NCBI GenBank assembly: GCA_963750255.1
Contig: CAVVPZ010000006.1
Location: 346,776 to 410,775 of the forward strand
From: an uncultured Actinomycetes bacterium
GTDB taxonomy: Bacteria; Actinomycetota; Acidimicrobiia; Acidimicrobiales; CADCTF01
DNA: 64,000 bases
Direction of reading: 5' to 3'
Shown: positions 47,688-57,932 of the stretch, piece by piece
How the letters are laid out: the number at the start of each line of letters is the position of its first letter
How positions within the stretch are numbered: position 1 is the first letter of the stretch
Position numbers and translations under genes: made by a program
Notes under the pieces: generated by a model
Databases searched by the model: none
What the model was told of the DNA's origin: nothing
Seen by the model: only the letters and a program-made list of their open reading frames with translations

Positions 47688-49829
47688 ATGCTCGAGAACA
47701 TCTGGCTCATCCCCGCCGTCACGGCGTCGTCGTTCTTCCTGATCATCTTCTTCGGGAAGCGCGAGCCCAACAAGGGCGCGACGATCGGCATCGCCGCACT
47801 CGCCCTGGCCTTCGCCTTCTCGACGATCTCCGTCGTGTCGTGGATCTCGCGCCCGGCCGACTTCGAAGTCGCGCCGGCTCACGCCATCGAGTCGGCCGGC
47901 GCCACCGTCGACTCCGGATCGCACGCAGACGACACCCACGCCGCCGACAGCCACGCCGTTGACGAGCACGCCGTTGACGAGGCGTCGTCCGAGGGCGCCC
48001 ATCACGCCGAGCCCATCCGCCACCCGGTCACCCGGAGCTGGGAGTGGTTCAACAACGGCCAGATCAAGGTCGAGGCGGGCACGACGGCTGACGGTCTGGC
48101 CATCGCGTTGTGCTTCGTGGTCAGCCTCATCTCGCTGCTCGTACACATCTTCTCCTTCAGTTACATGCACGGCGACGAGCGCTTCACCCACTACTACGCC
48201 GCGCTCAGCCTGTTCACCACCGGCATGTTCGTGCTCATCACCTCGTCGAACACGCTCCAGGCGCTGTTCGGCTGGGAGCTGATGGGGCTGTGTTCGTTCA
48301 TGCTCATCGGCCATTGGTGGGACCGCGACGGCAACAAGAACTCCAACGCCGCGCTCAAGGCCTTCTTCACCACCCGAACCGGTGACGTCGGCCTCCTGGT
48401 CGGCATCTCGATCCTCTTCTTCGCCGCCGGCGAGACGTTCAACATCCAGAAGATCAACGACGCCGCCCTCAACGGGTCGATCAGCCACGGGGTGCTGCTG
48501 GCGGCTGCGTGCGCCCTGCTCGTCGCCGTGATCGGCAAGAGCGCCCAGTTCCCCCTCCACACGTGGCTGCCCGACGCCATGGCCGGGCCGACCCCTGTGT
48601 CAGCGCTGATCCATGCGGCCACGATGGTCGTCGCCGGCGTCTACCTCGTCGCCCGGCTCTACGGGGTCTTCTGGGTCGCCTTCGACATCCCCGGTGGGGG
48701 CATCAACCCGCTGGCCGCAGTCGGCGGCATAACCGTGATCATCGCTGCCGCCCTGGCGTTCGTGCAGCGCGACATCAAGAAGGTGCTGGCCTACTCCACC
48801 GTCAGCCAGCTGGGCTACATGGTCATGGCGCTCGGCGTCGGTGCGTGGACGGCGGCCGTCTTCCACCTCTTCACCCACGCCTTCTTCAAGGCCTGCCTCT
48901 TCTTGGGCGCAGGCTCGATCAGCCACTCGGGCTCGCACCACTCCTTCGACATGATCGACGACATGGGCGGGCTCAAGGACAAGATGCCGTGGACGTTCCG
49001 GACGTTCGGGATCGCCACGCTCGCCTTGGCCGGCGTGCCGCCGCTGGCCGGGTTCTGGTCCAAGGACGAGATCCTCCTCGGCGCGGGTGAGAACGGCTAC
49101 CAGCTCTTCTTGATCGTCGGCCTCGTGGGCGCGTTCATGACTGCGGCCTACATGACCCGGTGCGTCTACCTCACGTTCTTCGGCGAGCCGCGCGGCGCTG
49201 CCGCGCACCATCACCCCCACGAGTCCCCGCCGCTCATCGTCGTGCCGCTCATGATCCTGGCGGTGTTCTCCCTGTTCGCCGGACTGCTCAACGCCCCCGG
49301 CATCGAGCTCTTCGGCAAGTGGACCGAGAATCAGACCGTGCTGGGTGCCGGCGTCGAGCACCACCAGTTCGCGCTGGCCACGGCGGCGTTGTCGGTGGCC
49401 ATCGGACTCGGCGGTATCGCGACGGCGTTCCTGTACTACTGGCGCGGGCTGCGGTTCCCCATCACCTCCGAGGGTGCCGGCAAGCCGATCTACAAGCTTC
49501 TCTCCAACAAGTACTACCTCGACGACCTCTACGAAGGCGTCGTGGTCAAGGGGATCCGCGAACCCCTCTCGCAAGGTGCGTACTGGGTCAACCAGCACAT
49601 CATCGACGGTGTCGTCAACGGCGTCGGCGTCGCCGCTCGCGGCCTGGCCCGCTTCGTCTACGAGGTCATCGACCAGAAGGGCGTCGACGGTGTCGTCAAC
49701 GGCGCCGGCTTGGCCTCTGAAGGCTCAGGCAACCTCCTCCGCCACATCCAGACCGGCCGCGTACAGCAGTACGCAGCCCTCATGCTCGGTGCCGTCGGCG
49801 TGTTCGCGCTGGCTCTGGTGCTGTTGTAA
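47688..49829 (+). CDS. nuoL: NADH-quinone oxidoreductase subunit L (second operon) with a His/Asp-rich insertion
   Basis: 713 aa. SYMHGDERFTHYY, GWELMGLCSFMLIGHWW, GKSAQFPLHTWLPDAMAGPTPVSALIHAATMVVAGVY. An insertion of about 60 aa follows TM1. Confidence 0.93.
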   Translation: MLENIWLIPAVTASSFFLIIFFGKREPNKGATIGIAALALAFAFSTISVVSWISRPADFEVAPAHAIESAGATVDSGSHADDTHAADSHAVDEHAVDEASSEGAHHAEPIRHPVTRSWEWFNNGQIKVEAGTTADGLAIALCFVVSLISLLVHIFSFSYMHGDERFTHYYAALSLFTTGMFVLITSSNTLQALFGWELMGLCSFMLIGHWWDRDGNKNSNAALKAFFTTRTGDVGLLVGISILFFAAGETFNIQKINDAALNGSISHGVLLAAACALLVAVIGKSAQFPLHTWLPDAMAGPTPVSALIHAATMVVAGVYLVARLYGVFWVAFDIPGGGINPLAAVGGITVIIAAALAFVQRDIKKVLAYSTVSQLGYMVMALGVGAWTAAVFHLFTHAFFKACLFLGAGSISHSGSHHSFDMIDDMGGLKDKMPWTFRTFGIATLALAGVPPLAGFWSKDEILLGAGENGYQLFLIVGLVGAFMTAAYMTRCVYLTFFGEPRGAAAHHHPHESPPLIVVPLMILAVFSLFAGLLNAPGIELFGKWTENQTVLGAGVEHHQFALATAALSVAIGLGGIATAFLYYWRGLRFPITSEGAGKPIYKLLSNKYYLDDLYEGVVVKGIREPLSQGAYWVNQHIIDGVVNGVGVAARGLARFVYEVIDQKGVDGVVNGAGLASEGSGNLLRHIQTGRVQQYAALMLGAVGVFALALVLL

Positions 49830-49846
49830 GGGAGCAGATCCAAACC

Positions 49847-51373
49847 ATGAACTTCGACGAGCTGGCACTCACCCTGGCGGTCTTTCTGCCGTTGGTGGGC
49901 GTCGCCATCATCGGGCTGATCCCGAGGGCCAACGAGGAGGCACACAAGCTGGTGGCCCTCGTCACCAGCCTCGTGACCCTCGGGGTCGGTGTCGGCATCC
50001 TCACCCGGTTCGACTTCGACAACACGAAGCTGGCCCAACTCGAGGTCAACCACGGCTGGATCGATGTCATCAACAGCCGCTACCACATCTTCATCGACGG
50101 GATCTCGCTGCCGCTGTTGATCCTCTCGATGTTCATCACGGTGCTCTGCATCATCTACTCGTGGGACCACTTCCCTGAGCCGCACAACCCCAAGGCGTTC
50201 CTCATCCTGATGCTCGTCCTCGAGACGGGGATGAACGGCACCTTCGTGGCTCAGGACCTGATCCTGTTCTTCGTGTTCTTCGAACTGGTCCTGTTGCCGA
50301 TGTACTTCATGATCGGCGTCTGGGGCGGCGCCAACCGGCAGTACGCGTCGATCAAGTTCTTCCTTTACACGCTCTTCGGGTCGGCGCTCATGATCCTGAG
50401 CTTCCTCGCCCTCTACTTCCTCGGCGGCAACACCTTCGACATCCCCCAGTTGGTGGCCAACGGCGCCAGCATCGCCAAGGACACCCAGATCCTGATCTTC
50501 GCCGGGTTGTTCATGGGCTTCGCCATCAAGGTGCCGATGTTCCCGTTCCACACCTGGTTGCCCGACGCCCACACCGAGGCCCCAACCGTCGGCTCGGTCA
50601 TCCTCGCTGCAGTCCTCCTGAAACTCGGCACGTACGGCTTCATCCGTATCGCCCTGCCGATCCTCCCCGACGCCGCCGTCAAGTGGGCTCCGTGGATCGG
50701 TGGCCTCGCCGTGGTCGGCATCATCTACGGCGCGCTGGGCTGCCTGGCCCAGAAAGACCTCAAACGGCTCATCGCCTTCTCGTCGGTGGCCCACATGGGC
50801 TTCGTCATGCTCGGCATCGCCACCCTCACCGACTACGGCATCAACGCCGCCGTCTTCGGCATGGTCGCCCACGGCCTGATCACGGGCATGTTGTTCTTCC
50901 TCGCCGGGTCGATCGGTGAACGGTTCGGCACCCGTGACCTCGCCCGTCTCGGCGGTTTGCTCAAGCAGGCACCCCACCTCGGTTGGATCCTCGGCTTCTG
51001 CGTGTTCGCCTCGCTGGGCTTGCCTGGTCTCGCCGGCTTCTGGGGTGAGTTCCCGGCCATCTTGTCGGCGTACCAGCCCGCGCCCGGCTTGCCTGTCGGA
51101 GTGTTCCGGGCCTACATGGTCATCGCCTCGGTCGGCACCGTTCTCGCCGCCGGATACCTGCTCTGGATGTTCCAGCGGACGGCCTTCGGCCTGCCCAAGC
51201 CCGAGTTCGAACACGCGCACATCCACGACGTGCACGGACCCGAGTGGCTGGCCTGGACCCCGCTGCTGGTATTGATCCTCCTGCTCGGTATCTTCCCCGG
51301 CCTGCTCTTCCAGGTCACCGACGGCGCCGTGCAGTCGGTGACGTCGGCCTTCGCCCACGTGGTCGGGAGCTAG
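49847..51373 (+). CDS. nuoM: NADH-quinone oxidoreductase subunit M (second operon)
   Basis: FAIKVPMFPFHTWLPDAHTEAPTVGSVILAAVLLKLGTYG. Confidence 0.93.
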   Translation: MNFDELALTLAVFLPLVGVAIIGLIPRANEEAHKLVALVTSLVTLGVGVGILTRFDFDNTKLAQLEVNHGWIDVINSRYHIFIDGISLPLLILSMFITVLCIIYSWDHFPEPHNPKAFLILMLVLETGMNGTFVAQDLILFFVFFELVLLPMYFMIGVWGGANRQYASIKFFLYTLFGSALMILSFLALYFLGGNTFDIPQLVANGASIAKDTQILIFAGLFMGFAIKVPMFPFHTWLPDAHTEAPTVGSVILAAVLLKLGTYGFIRIALPILPDAAVKWAPWIGGLAVVGIIYGALGCLAQKDLKRLIAFSSVAHMGFVMLGIATLTDYGINAAVFGMVAHGLITGMLFFLAGSIGERFGTRDLARLGGLLKQAPHLGWILGFCVFASLGLPGLAGFWGEFPAILSAYQPAPGLPVGVFRAYMVIASVGTVLAAGYLLWMFQRTAFGLPKPEFEHAHIHDVHGPEWLAWTPLLVLILLLGIFPGLLFQVTDGAVQSVTSAFAHVVGS

Positions 51374-51377
51374 CCCC

Positions 51378-52901
51378 GTGTTGGCCGCGATCCTGGCTCA
51401 GGCGGCCTCGGGCCTCGAGTTCACCGCGCCCAAACTCGACTACGCCGCGCTGGCCCCCGAGTTGGTACTCACCGCGACGCTCGTCGTCGTCCTGTTGCTC
51501 GACCTCTTCCTCGACGAGACCCAGCGCTACCTCATCCCGAGTGTCGCCGGTTTCGGGACGCTCGCCGCGCTGTTCCCGCTCGCGTATCTCGCGCTGGAGG
51601 GCGACGAGGTGCGAGAGATGTTCGGCGGAGCGTACGTCTCCGACCATTTCGCGCTCGTCCTCAAGGCGCTCTTCCTCGGGTCGGCCTACGTCGTGTTGTT
51701 GATGTCCAACCGCTACATCGAGGAGGGCGACTACTACTCGAGCGAGTACTACTTCTTGTTGCTCTCGTCGGTACTCGGCATGCTCGTGATGGCGTCGTCG
51801 CGCGACCTCATCTCGATCTTCGTGGCCCTCGAGCTTCTCTCGATTCCCGCGTACCTGCTCGCCGGATGGCGCAAGCGGGATCTCCGCAGCAACGAGGCCG
51901 CGCTCAAGTACTACTTGCTGGGCGTGCTCTCGACCGGCGTGATGCTCTACGGGATGTCGCTCATCTTCGGCGCCACCGGCACCACCGTCCTCGACGGCAT
52001 CCGGACCGAACTGGCCGGGTCGAGCCCGCAACTCGAGCGGGTCGTGACTCTCGGCATCTTCTTCATCATCGTCGGCTTCGCCTTCAAGGTCTCGGCCGTC
52101 CCCTTCCACTTCTGGGCGCCCGACACCTACGAGGGCGCTCCCACCCCCGTCACTGCCTTCCTCTCGGTCGCGTCCAAGGCGGCTGGCTTCGTCGCCCTCA
52201 TGGAGTTGGTCTACGTCGGCTTCCGCGGCCAGGCCGATGTCTGGGGTCCGGTCTTCTGGGTGCTGGCCGCGCTGTCGATGACGGTCGGCAACCTCATCGC
52301 CCTCCGCCAGACCAACATCGTCCGCATGCTGGCCTACTCCTCGGTGGCCCAGGCCGGCTACATCCTGGTCCCGTTTGCCGTCGCCGGCGACGAGTTCCGA
52401 GCTGCGGGTTCGGCCCAGACGGCAACGATCATCTACCTGCTGATGTACTCGGCCATGAACCTCGGTGCTTTCGCCATCGTCCTGGCCGTCGCCCGCAAGA
52501 CCCGCTCGGGTGAGATCTCGAGCTTCGGTGGCCTGTTCCAGTACGCCCCCGGGCTCACGGTCCTGATGACGGTCTTCCTCGCTTCGCTGGCGGGTGTCCC
52601 GCCCGCAGGTGGCTGGTTCGCCAAACTGGCCGTGTTCCGGTCGGTGCTCGACGCCGGCACGCCTTGGGCCATCGCACTGGGCATCATCGCCGCCGTCAAC
52701 TCGGTGATCGCCGCGTTCTACTACTTCAACGTGGCCCGGGAGATGTGGATCTCGCCACCCCCCGACGAGGATCGCACCCCGATCCGCGTGCCCGCCGCTC
52801 TCGGCGCCGCCCTCGGCATCACGGTCGTCGTCGTCCTCGTCGTCGGGGTCTTCCCGGGCATCTTCGCCGACCTCGGCGACATGGCCTCGCTGGTCCGGTA
52901 G
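51378..52901 (+). CDS. nuoN: NADH-quinone oxidoreductase subunit N (second operon)
   Basis: FAFKVSAVPFHFWAPDTYEGAPTPVTAFL, LAYSSVAQAGYIL. Confidence 0.93.
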   Translation: MLAAILAQAASGLEFTAPKLDYAALAPELVLTATLVVVLLLDLFLDETQRYLIPSVAGFGTLAALFPLAYLALEGDEVREMFGGAYVSDHFALVLKALFLGSAYVVLLMSNRYIEEGDYYSSEYYFLLLSSVLGMLVMASSRDLISIFVALELLSIPAYLLAGWRKRDLRSNEAALKYYLLGVLSTGVMLYGMSLIFGATGTTVLDGIRTELAGSSPQLERVVTLGIFFIIVGFAFKVSAVPFHFWAPDTYEGAPTPVTAFLSVASKAAGFVALMELVYVGFRGQADVWGPVFWVLAALSMTVGNLIALRQTNIVRMLAYSSVAQAGYILVPFAVAGDEFRAAGSAQTATIIYLLMYSAMNLGAFAIVLAVARKTRSGEISSFGGLFQYAPGLTVLMTVFLASLAGVPPAGGWFAKLAVFRSVLDAGTPWAIALGIIAAVNSVIAAFYYFNVAREMWISPPPDEDRTPIRVPAALGAALGITVVVVLVVGVFPGIFADLGDMASLVR

Positions 52902-52924
52902 CCACGCCGACGCCTCCGGGGTCG

Positions 52925-54091
52925 ATGGACGGTCCCGCGTCGGCCGTCGTCCGGGAGCACATTCACCGTCGCGGCCCGATCACCTTCGCCGACTACGTCG
53001 ATCTCTCCCTCTACGCGCCCGACGCCGGGTTCTACGCGCTCGACGGCGCCGCGGGGAGGGCGGGCGACTTCTTGACCAGTCCCGAGCTCGGGCCGCTGTT
53101 CGGCACCGTCATGGCCAGTGCCGTCGATTCGTGGTGGCACGACCTCGGCCGGCCCGACCCCTTCTTGGTCGTCGAGGCGGCTGCCGGCGAGGGGGCGCTG
53201 GCCAAAGCGGTGCTCGACGCGCAGCCGGAGTGCGCGCCGGCGCTGCGGTACCTGCTCGTCGAGCGCTCGCCTGCCCGACGCGCTCGTCAGCCGACCGTCC
53301 TCTCGATCGAGCCGGCGGCGACCGTCCTCGGACCGATGGGGGCCCGCGACGACGAAGACCTCGACGGCGCCCACACGCTTCCCGGTGGCGGGCCGCGGGT
53401 GGCATCGCTCGACGAGCTGCCTGCGGGCCCGATCACGGGGGTGGTGCTGGCCAATGAGCTTCTCGACAATCTCCCGTTCTCATTGCTCGAACGAAGCTCG
53501 CTCGGGTGGCTCGAAGTTCGCGTCACCGATGAAGCGGGGGAGCTGGCCGAGGTCCTGACGCCGGCCGGCGCGGCCGACGCAGAACTCGCGAACCGCCTCG
53601 CCCCGGCGACGGCGCCAGGCCAGCGCATCCCCCTCCAGCGCCACGCCACCGAGTGGCTACGTTCCACGCGTCGCCGACTGACCGAGGGGAGGATCGTCCT
53701 CGTCGATTACGCGTCGACGACGGCGGCGCTGGCCGAGCGCCCCGTCGATGAGTGGGTGCGTACGTACCGGGGAGGACAGCGGGGCACCGCTCCGCTGCAT
53801 CGCCCTGGCTCCCAGGACATCACCGTCGAGGTCTGTGTCGACCAACTCGCGCGGGTTGCGCCCCTAGCCACAGATCACAGTCAGGCCGAGTTTCTCCGCG
53901 CTCACGGGATCGACGAACTCGTGGCCGACGCCCGCCGGCACTGGCAGGCCACGGCGGCGCGACCCGATCTGTCCTCGCTGCGAGCGCGGAGCCGGATCGA
54001 CGAGGCCGCCGCACTCGTCGACCCGACCGGTATGGGTGCATTTCGGGTTCTGGAGTGGGCCGTTTCCAGACAGAACCAAGCCGGCAGGTAG
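52925..54091 (+). CDS. MidA/NDUFAF7-family (DUF185) SAM-dependent methyltransferase
   Basis: ATG 52925. GPITFADYVDLSLYAPDAGFY....GRAGDFLTSPELGPLFG, VVEAAAGEGALA, VVLANELLDNLP. These are the conserved blocks I recall for MidA/NDUFAF7. Confidence 0.75.
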   Translation: MDGPASAVVREHIHRRGPITFADYVDLSLYAPDAGFYALDGAAGRAGDFLTSPELGPLFGTVMASAVDSWWHDLGRPDPFLVVEAAAGEGALAKAVLDAQPECAPALRYLLVERSPARRARQPTVLSIEPAATVLGPMGARDDEDLDGAHTLPGGGPRVASLDELPAGPITGVVLANELLDNLPFSLLERSSLGWLEVRVTDEAGELAEVLTPAGAADAELANRLAPATAPGQRIPLQRHATEWLRSTRRRLTEGRIVLVDYASTTAALAERPVDEWVRTYRGGQRGTAPLHRPGSQDITVEVCVDQLARVAPLATDHSQAEFLRAHGIDELVADARRHWQATAARPDLSSLRARSRIDEAAALVDPTGMGAFRVLEWAVSRQNQAGR

Positions 54092-54101
54092 CCTCGTCGT
54101 C

Positions 54102-55542
54102 GTGCTTCGGCGGATCGTGACCTTTTGCTCGCTCTTCTTCCTCGCTGCGGCGACGTCGGTGGTGGCGGCAACGACGCCAGCGGCCGCGGCCGGCGATGGC
54201 CACGTGCTCGCGTTTGGCGACGCCCCGTTCCGTGGCTCGACCTCGGGAATGTCGCTCTCCCAACCCCTCGTTGGCGTGGCCGGCAACCGGGCGGGCACGG
54301 GCTACTGGCTCGTCGCCCGCGACGGCGGCATCTTCTCTTTCGGCGCCGCCGCCTTCCACGGCTCGACCGGCAACATCAAGCTCAACCAGCCCATCGTCGG
54401 GATCTCCGCCACCCGGTCGGGTGACGGGTACTGGATGGTGGCCACCGACGGCGGCGTGTTCGCGTTCGGCGACGCCCGATTCCTGGGAAGCACCGGCGGC
54501 GTCCGGCTCAACAAGCCCGTCGTCGGGATGGCGACGACCCCGAGCGGCAACGGGTACTGGCTCGTCGCGTCCGACGGCGGAATGTTCACCTTTGGCGATG
54601 CCAACTTTTACGGCTCGGCCGCCGGCGAGCGTCTGGGGCGGCCCATCGTCGGCATGGCGGCCACGCCGGACGGTAAGGGCTACTGGATGGTGGCCGGCGA
54701 CGGCTCCGTGTACTCCTTCGGCAACGCGCCCTACTTCGGCAACACGCCCGGCAACGAATTGATCGCCGGCATCCAGGCGAGCATCACGGGGCAGGGGTAC
54801 CGCATCCTCGGACTCGGCGGAGGCATCTACACCTTCGGGGATGCGTCCTTCGAAGGGTCGGGTTCCGGTGCCGTGCCCGCCGGCCGTCAGGCTGTCGGCA
54901 TCGTGGGCACGCCCACGGGCAAGGGGTACTGGATCGCCACCGGCGAGGTTCCGCTCGCTCCTGGTGCCACCGGCTCGGGCGTCTCCAACCTCCAGAGCCG
55001 CCTCGACGACGCTCGGGTACTGGGTTCCCGTCGACGGTCGCTTCGGTGCCTTGACGACGCAGGCGCTCTACGCCCTGCAGAAGTCAGCGGGCATTCCCCG
55101 CACCGGCAACTACGACGACGCCACCGCCCGCGCCCTCGATGCGCAGGTGCGACCCAACCCGCGCAGCACGAGCGGTTACGTGGCCGAGGTCGACAAAGCG
55201 CGGCAGATTCTCATGTTGGTCAGCAACGGACGGGTGGTGCGGGTCATCAACGTCTCGACGGGCAATGGCGCTCGGTACCGCTCCGGTAATGGCTACGCCA
55301 CCGCCGTCACGCCCGAGGGTTCGTTCTCGGTCCAGCGTCAGATCGACGGAGTCCGCGTGTCCGAACTCGGCGAACTCTTCCGGCCCAAGTACTTCACCGG
55401 CGGCTACGCCGTGCACGGTTCGCCCAGCATCCCGCCTTATCCGGCGTCGCACGGTTGCGTGCGGGTGTCGAACGGCGCCATCAACTTCCTCTGGGATACC
55501 GGCGCCCTTCCGCTCGGCACCCCCCTCATCGTCTACTCCTGA
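54102..55542 (+). pseudogene. secreted repeat protein with peptidoglycan-binding and L,D-transpeptidase (YkuD) domains; one frame break as assembled
   Basis: GTG 54102 gives a signal peptide. About six repeats of about 42 aa follow (GYW.VA.DGG.F.FGDA.F.GS......L..P.VG). A PG_binding_1-like segment (LGYWVPVDGRFGALTTQALYALQKSAGIPRTG) and a YkuD catalytic motif (HGS...PASHGCVRV) come next. The frame switches near 55005-55012. Confidence 0.8.
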
Positions 55543-55904
55543 GCCAACTCCTGGCCGACCATGAAGCGGTGACCATCGGGTGAGCGCAGGGCCATTTCGC
55601 GCATGCCCCACGGTTCGTCGACCGGCGCCTTCGTGACGTCGGCTCCCGCGGCGATGGCTTGGCGATGGAGGGCGTCCACGTCGTCGGTGCGGAGGTACGC
55701 GAGGTAGGAGTGGTCGCCGATCTCCGACGCTGGCGTGGCGTCGGGACAGCGACCCAGCATGAAGGCGATGGCGTCAGCGCGACAGAACACCCAGTTCCCG
55801 GGGTCGACCTCGTCGAGGTCGCAGCCGAACACGGCCGCGTACCAGGCCGAGCTCCGGCCGAGATCGTGGACGGCGAGCACGGGGTGGGAACCGAGGAGCG
55901 ACAT
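55533..55904 (-). CDS. glyoxalase/bleomycin-resistance (VOC) family protein
   Basis: 123 aa. PVLAVHDLGRSSAWY and PWGMREMALRSPDGHRFMVGQ are typical VOC beta-alpha-beta-beta-beta modules. Confidence 0.75.
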   Translation of the reverse strand: MSLLGSHPVLAVHDLGRSSAWYAAVFGCDLDEVDPGNWVFCRADAIAFMLGRCPDATPASEIGDHSYLAYLRTDDVDALHRQAIAAGADVTKAPVDEPWGMREMALRSPDGHRFMVGQELAQE

Positions 55905-55965
55905 GCGGTCATCTTGGCTCCCGGGGCCCGGACCGCGCTCGGGAACGCGTCGCTAGGCTCGGCTC

Positions 55966-57932
55966 ATGCCTGCTGAGCCGACGATCGAGGCCTACCTCCT
56001 GGAGAACCGCACGTTCCCCCCGCCGCCCGACTTCGTGGCCAACGCGCTGGTGAGCGACCGAGTCGATGTACGACGCCGGCGACGCCGATCCCGAGGCGTT
56101 CTGGGCCGAGCAGGCCGGGCCAACTCGACTGGTACGAGCCCTGGCACACCGTGAGTTCGTGGGAGCTCCCGTTCGCCAAGTGGTTCGTCGGCGGCACGCT
56201 CAACGTCTCGGTCAACTGCCTCGATCGCCACGTCGACGCCGGCCGCGGCGACCAGGTGGCCTTCCACTGGGAGGGCGAGCCCGGCGACACCCGCACGATC
56301 ACCTACGCCGACCTGCTCGACGAGGCGCAGCGGTTCGCCAACGTGCTGAAGTCGCTCGGCGTCGCAGCGGGGCGACCGGGTCGACATCTACATGCCGATG
56401 ATCCCCGAGCTGCCGGTGGCGATGCTGGCCTGCGCCCGCATCGGCGCGCCGCACTCGGTCGTCTTCGGCGGGTTCTCGCGCCGACTGCGCTCCGCGACCG
56501 CATCAACGACGCCGAAGCCAAGGTGCTCATCACGGCCGACGGCGGCTTCCGGCGCGGGGCCGCCGGTGCGCTGAAGCCCAACGCCGATGCCGCCGTCGAA
56601 GGCACGCCCACCATCGAGCACGTCGTCGTCGTGCGCCGCACCGGCGGCGACGTCACGATGCACGAAGGGCGCGACCACTGGTACCACGAGCTCATGGTCG
56701 AGGCGGCCGACCCGGTCTGCGAGCCGGAGCGGATGGCGAGCGAGGACCTGCTGTACCTGCTCTACACGTCCGGCACCACCGGCTAAGCCCAAGGGGATCA
56801 TGCACACCACGGGCGGCTACCTGACCCAGGTGGCGTTCACCCACCGTTACGTGTTCGACCTCCATCCCGAGACCGACGTCTACTGGTGCGCGGCCGACAT
56901 CGGCTGGGTCACCGGCCACAGCTACATCGTCTACGGCCCGCTCGCCAACGGCGCCACCAGTCGTGATGTACGAGGGCACGCCGGACACGCCCGACAAGGA
57001 CCGCTTCTGGGACATCGTCGAGCGCTACGGGGTCACGATCCTCTACACCGCGCCCACCGCGATCCGCACGTTCATGAAGTGGGGTACCGAGTACCCCGAC
57101 GCGCCACGACCTGTCGTCGCTGCGCCTGCTCGGCTCGGTCGGCGAGCCCATCAACCCCGAGGCGTGGATGTGGTACCACGAGCACATCGGCGGCGGCCGC
57201 TGCCCGGTCGTCGACACGTGGTGGCAGACCGAGACCGGCGCCATCATGATCGCGCCGCTCCCGGGCGTCACCACGACCAAGCCCGGGTCGGCCACCCACC
57301 CGCTGCCCGGCATCGGCGCCGAGCTCGTCGACGAGGCCGGCGACAAGGTCGACGTGGGCGGCGGCTACCTCACGCTCACCCGGCCGTGGCCGTCGATGCT
57401 GCGCGGCATCTACGGCGACCCCGAGCGCTACCGGGAGACCTACTGGAGCCGGTTCGAGGGCCGCTACTTCGCCGGCGACGGCGCCAAGCTCGACGACGAC
57501 GGCTACCTGTGGCTGCTCGGCCGGGTCGACGACGTGATGAACGTGTCCGGCCACCGCATCTCGACCACCGAGGTCGAGTCGGCGCTCGTCGACCATCCCG
57601 CGGTGGCCGAGGCGGCCGTCGTCGGTGCCAACGACGACACCACCGGCCAGGCGATCGTCGCCTACGTGACCCTGCGAGGCGGCCACGAGCCGAGCGACGA
57701 GCACGGCCAGCAGCTGCGCAGCCACGTCGCCACCAAGATCGGCGCCATCGCCCGGCCGAAGACGATCGTCTTCACCGACGACCTGCCCAAGACCCGGAGC
57801 GGCAAGATCATGCGCCGCCTCCTGCGGGACGTGGCCGAGGGCCGCGACCTCGGCGACACCACCACCCTCGCCGACCCGGCGGTCGTCGAGGAGATCAAGC
57901 GTCGGGCCGCCACCAACCCGACCGAGGAATGA
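55966..57932 (+). pseudogene. acs: acetyl-CoA synthetase, about 7 frame breaks as assembled
   Basis: Conserved blocks are spread over three frames: [66 protein letters not shown]|[13 protein letters not shown] (an inserted T creates TAA at 56784-56786), [41 protein letters not shown]. Switches lie near 56060, 56118, 56369, 56480, 56784, 56960 and 57102. Confidence 0.9.

Noticed and set aside
10024-51358. Many long antisense or alternative-frame ORFs, e.g. 10024..11109(-), 12347..14041(-), 18256..19983(-), 20844..22442(-), 23824..25533(-), 27275..29908(-), 31039..33249(-), 33980..36769(+), 34617..36758(-), 45306..46751(-), 49658..51358(-)
   Set aside because: They overlap well-supported genes on the other strand or frame. 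Their translations are Arg/Gly/Pro/Asp-rich with no motifs. Stop codons are rare in off-frames of roughly 70% GC DNA, so these are typical high-GC artefacts.
54190-54950. DNA-level tandem repeat or mobile element
   Set aside because: The periodicity is at the protein level (a repeat of about 42 aa) with diverged nucleotide sequence. It lies inside a single coding frame with a signal peptide and enzymatic C-terminus.
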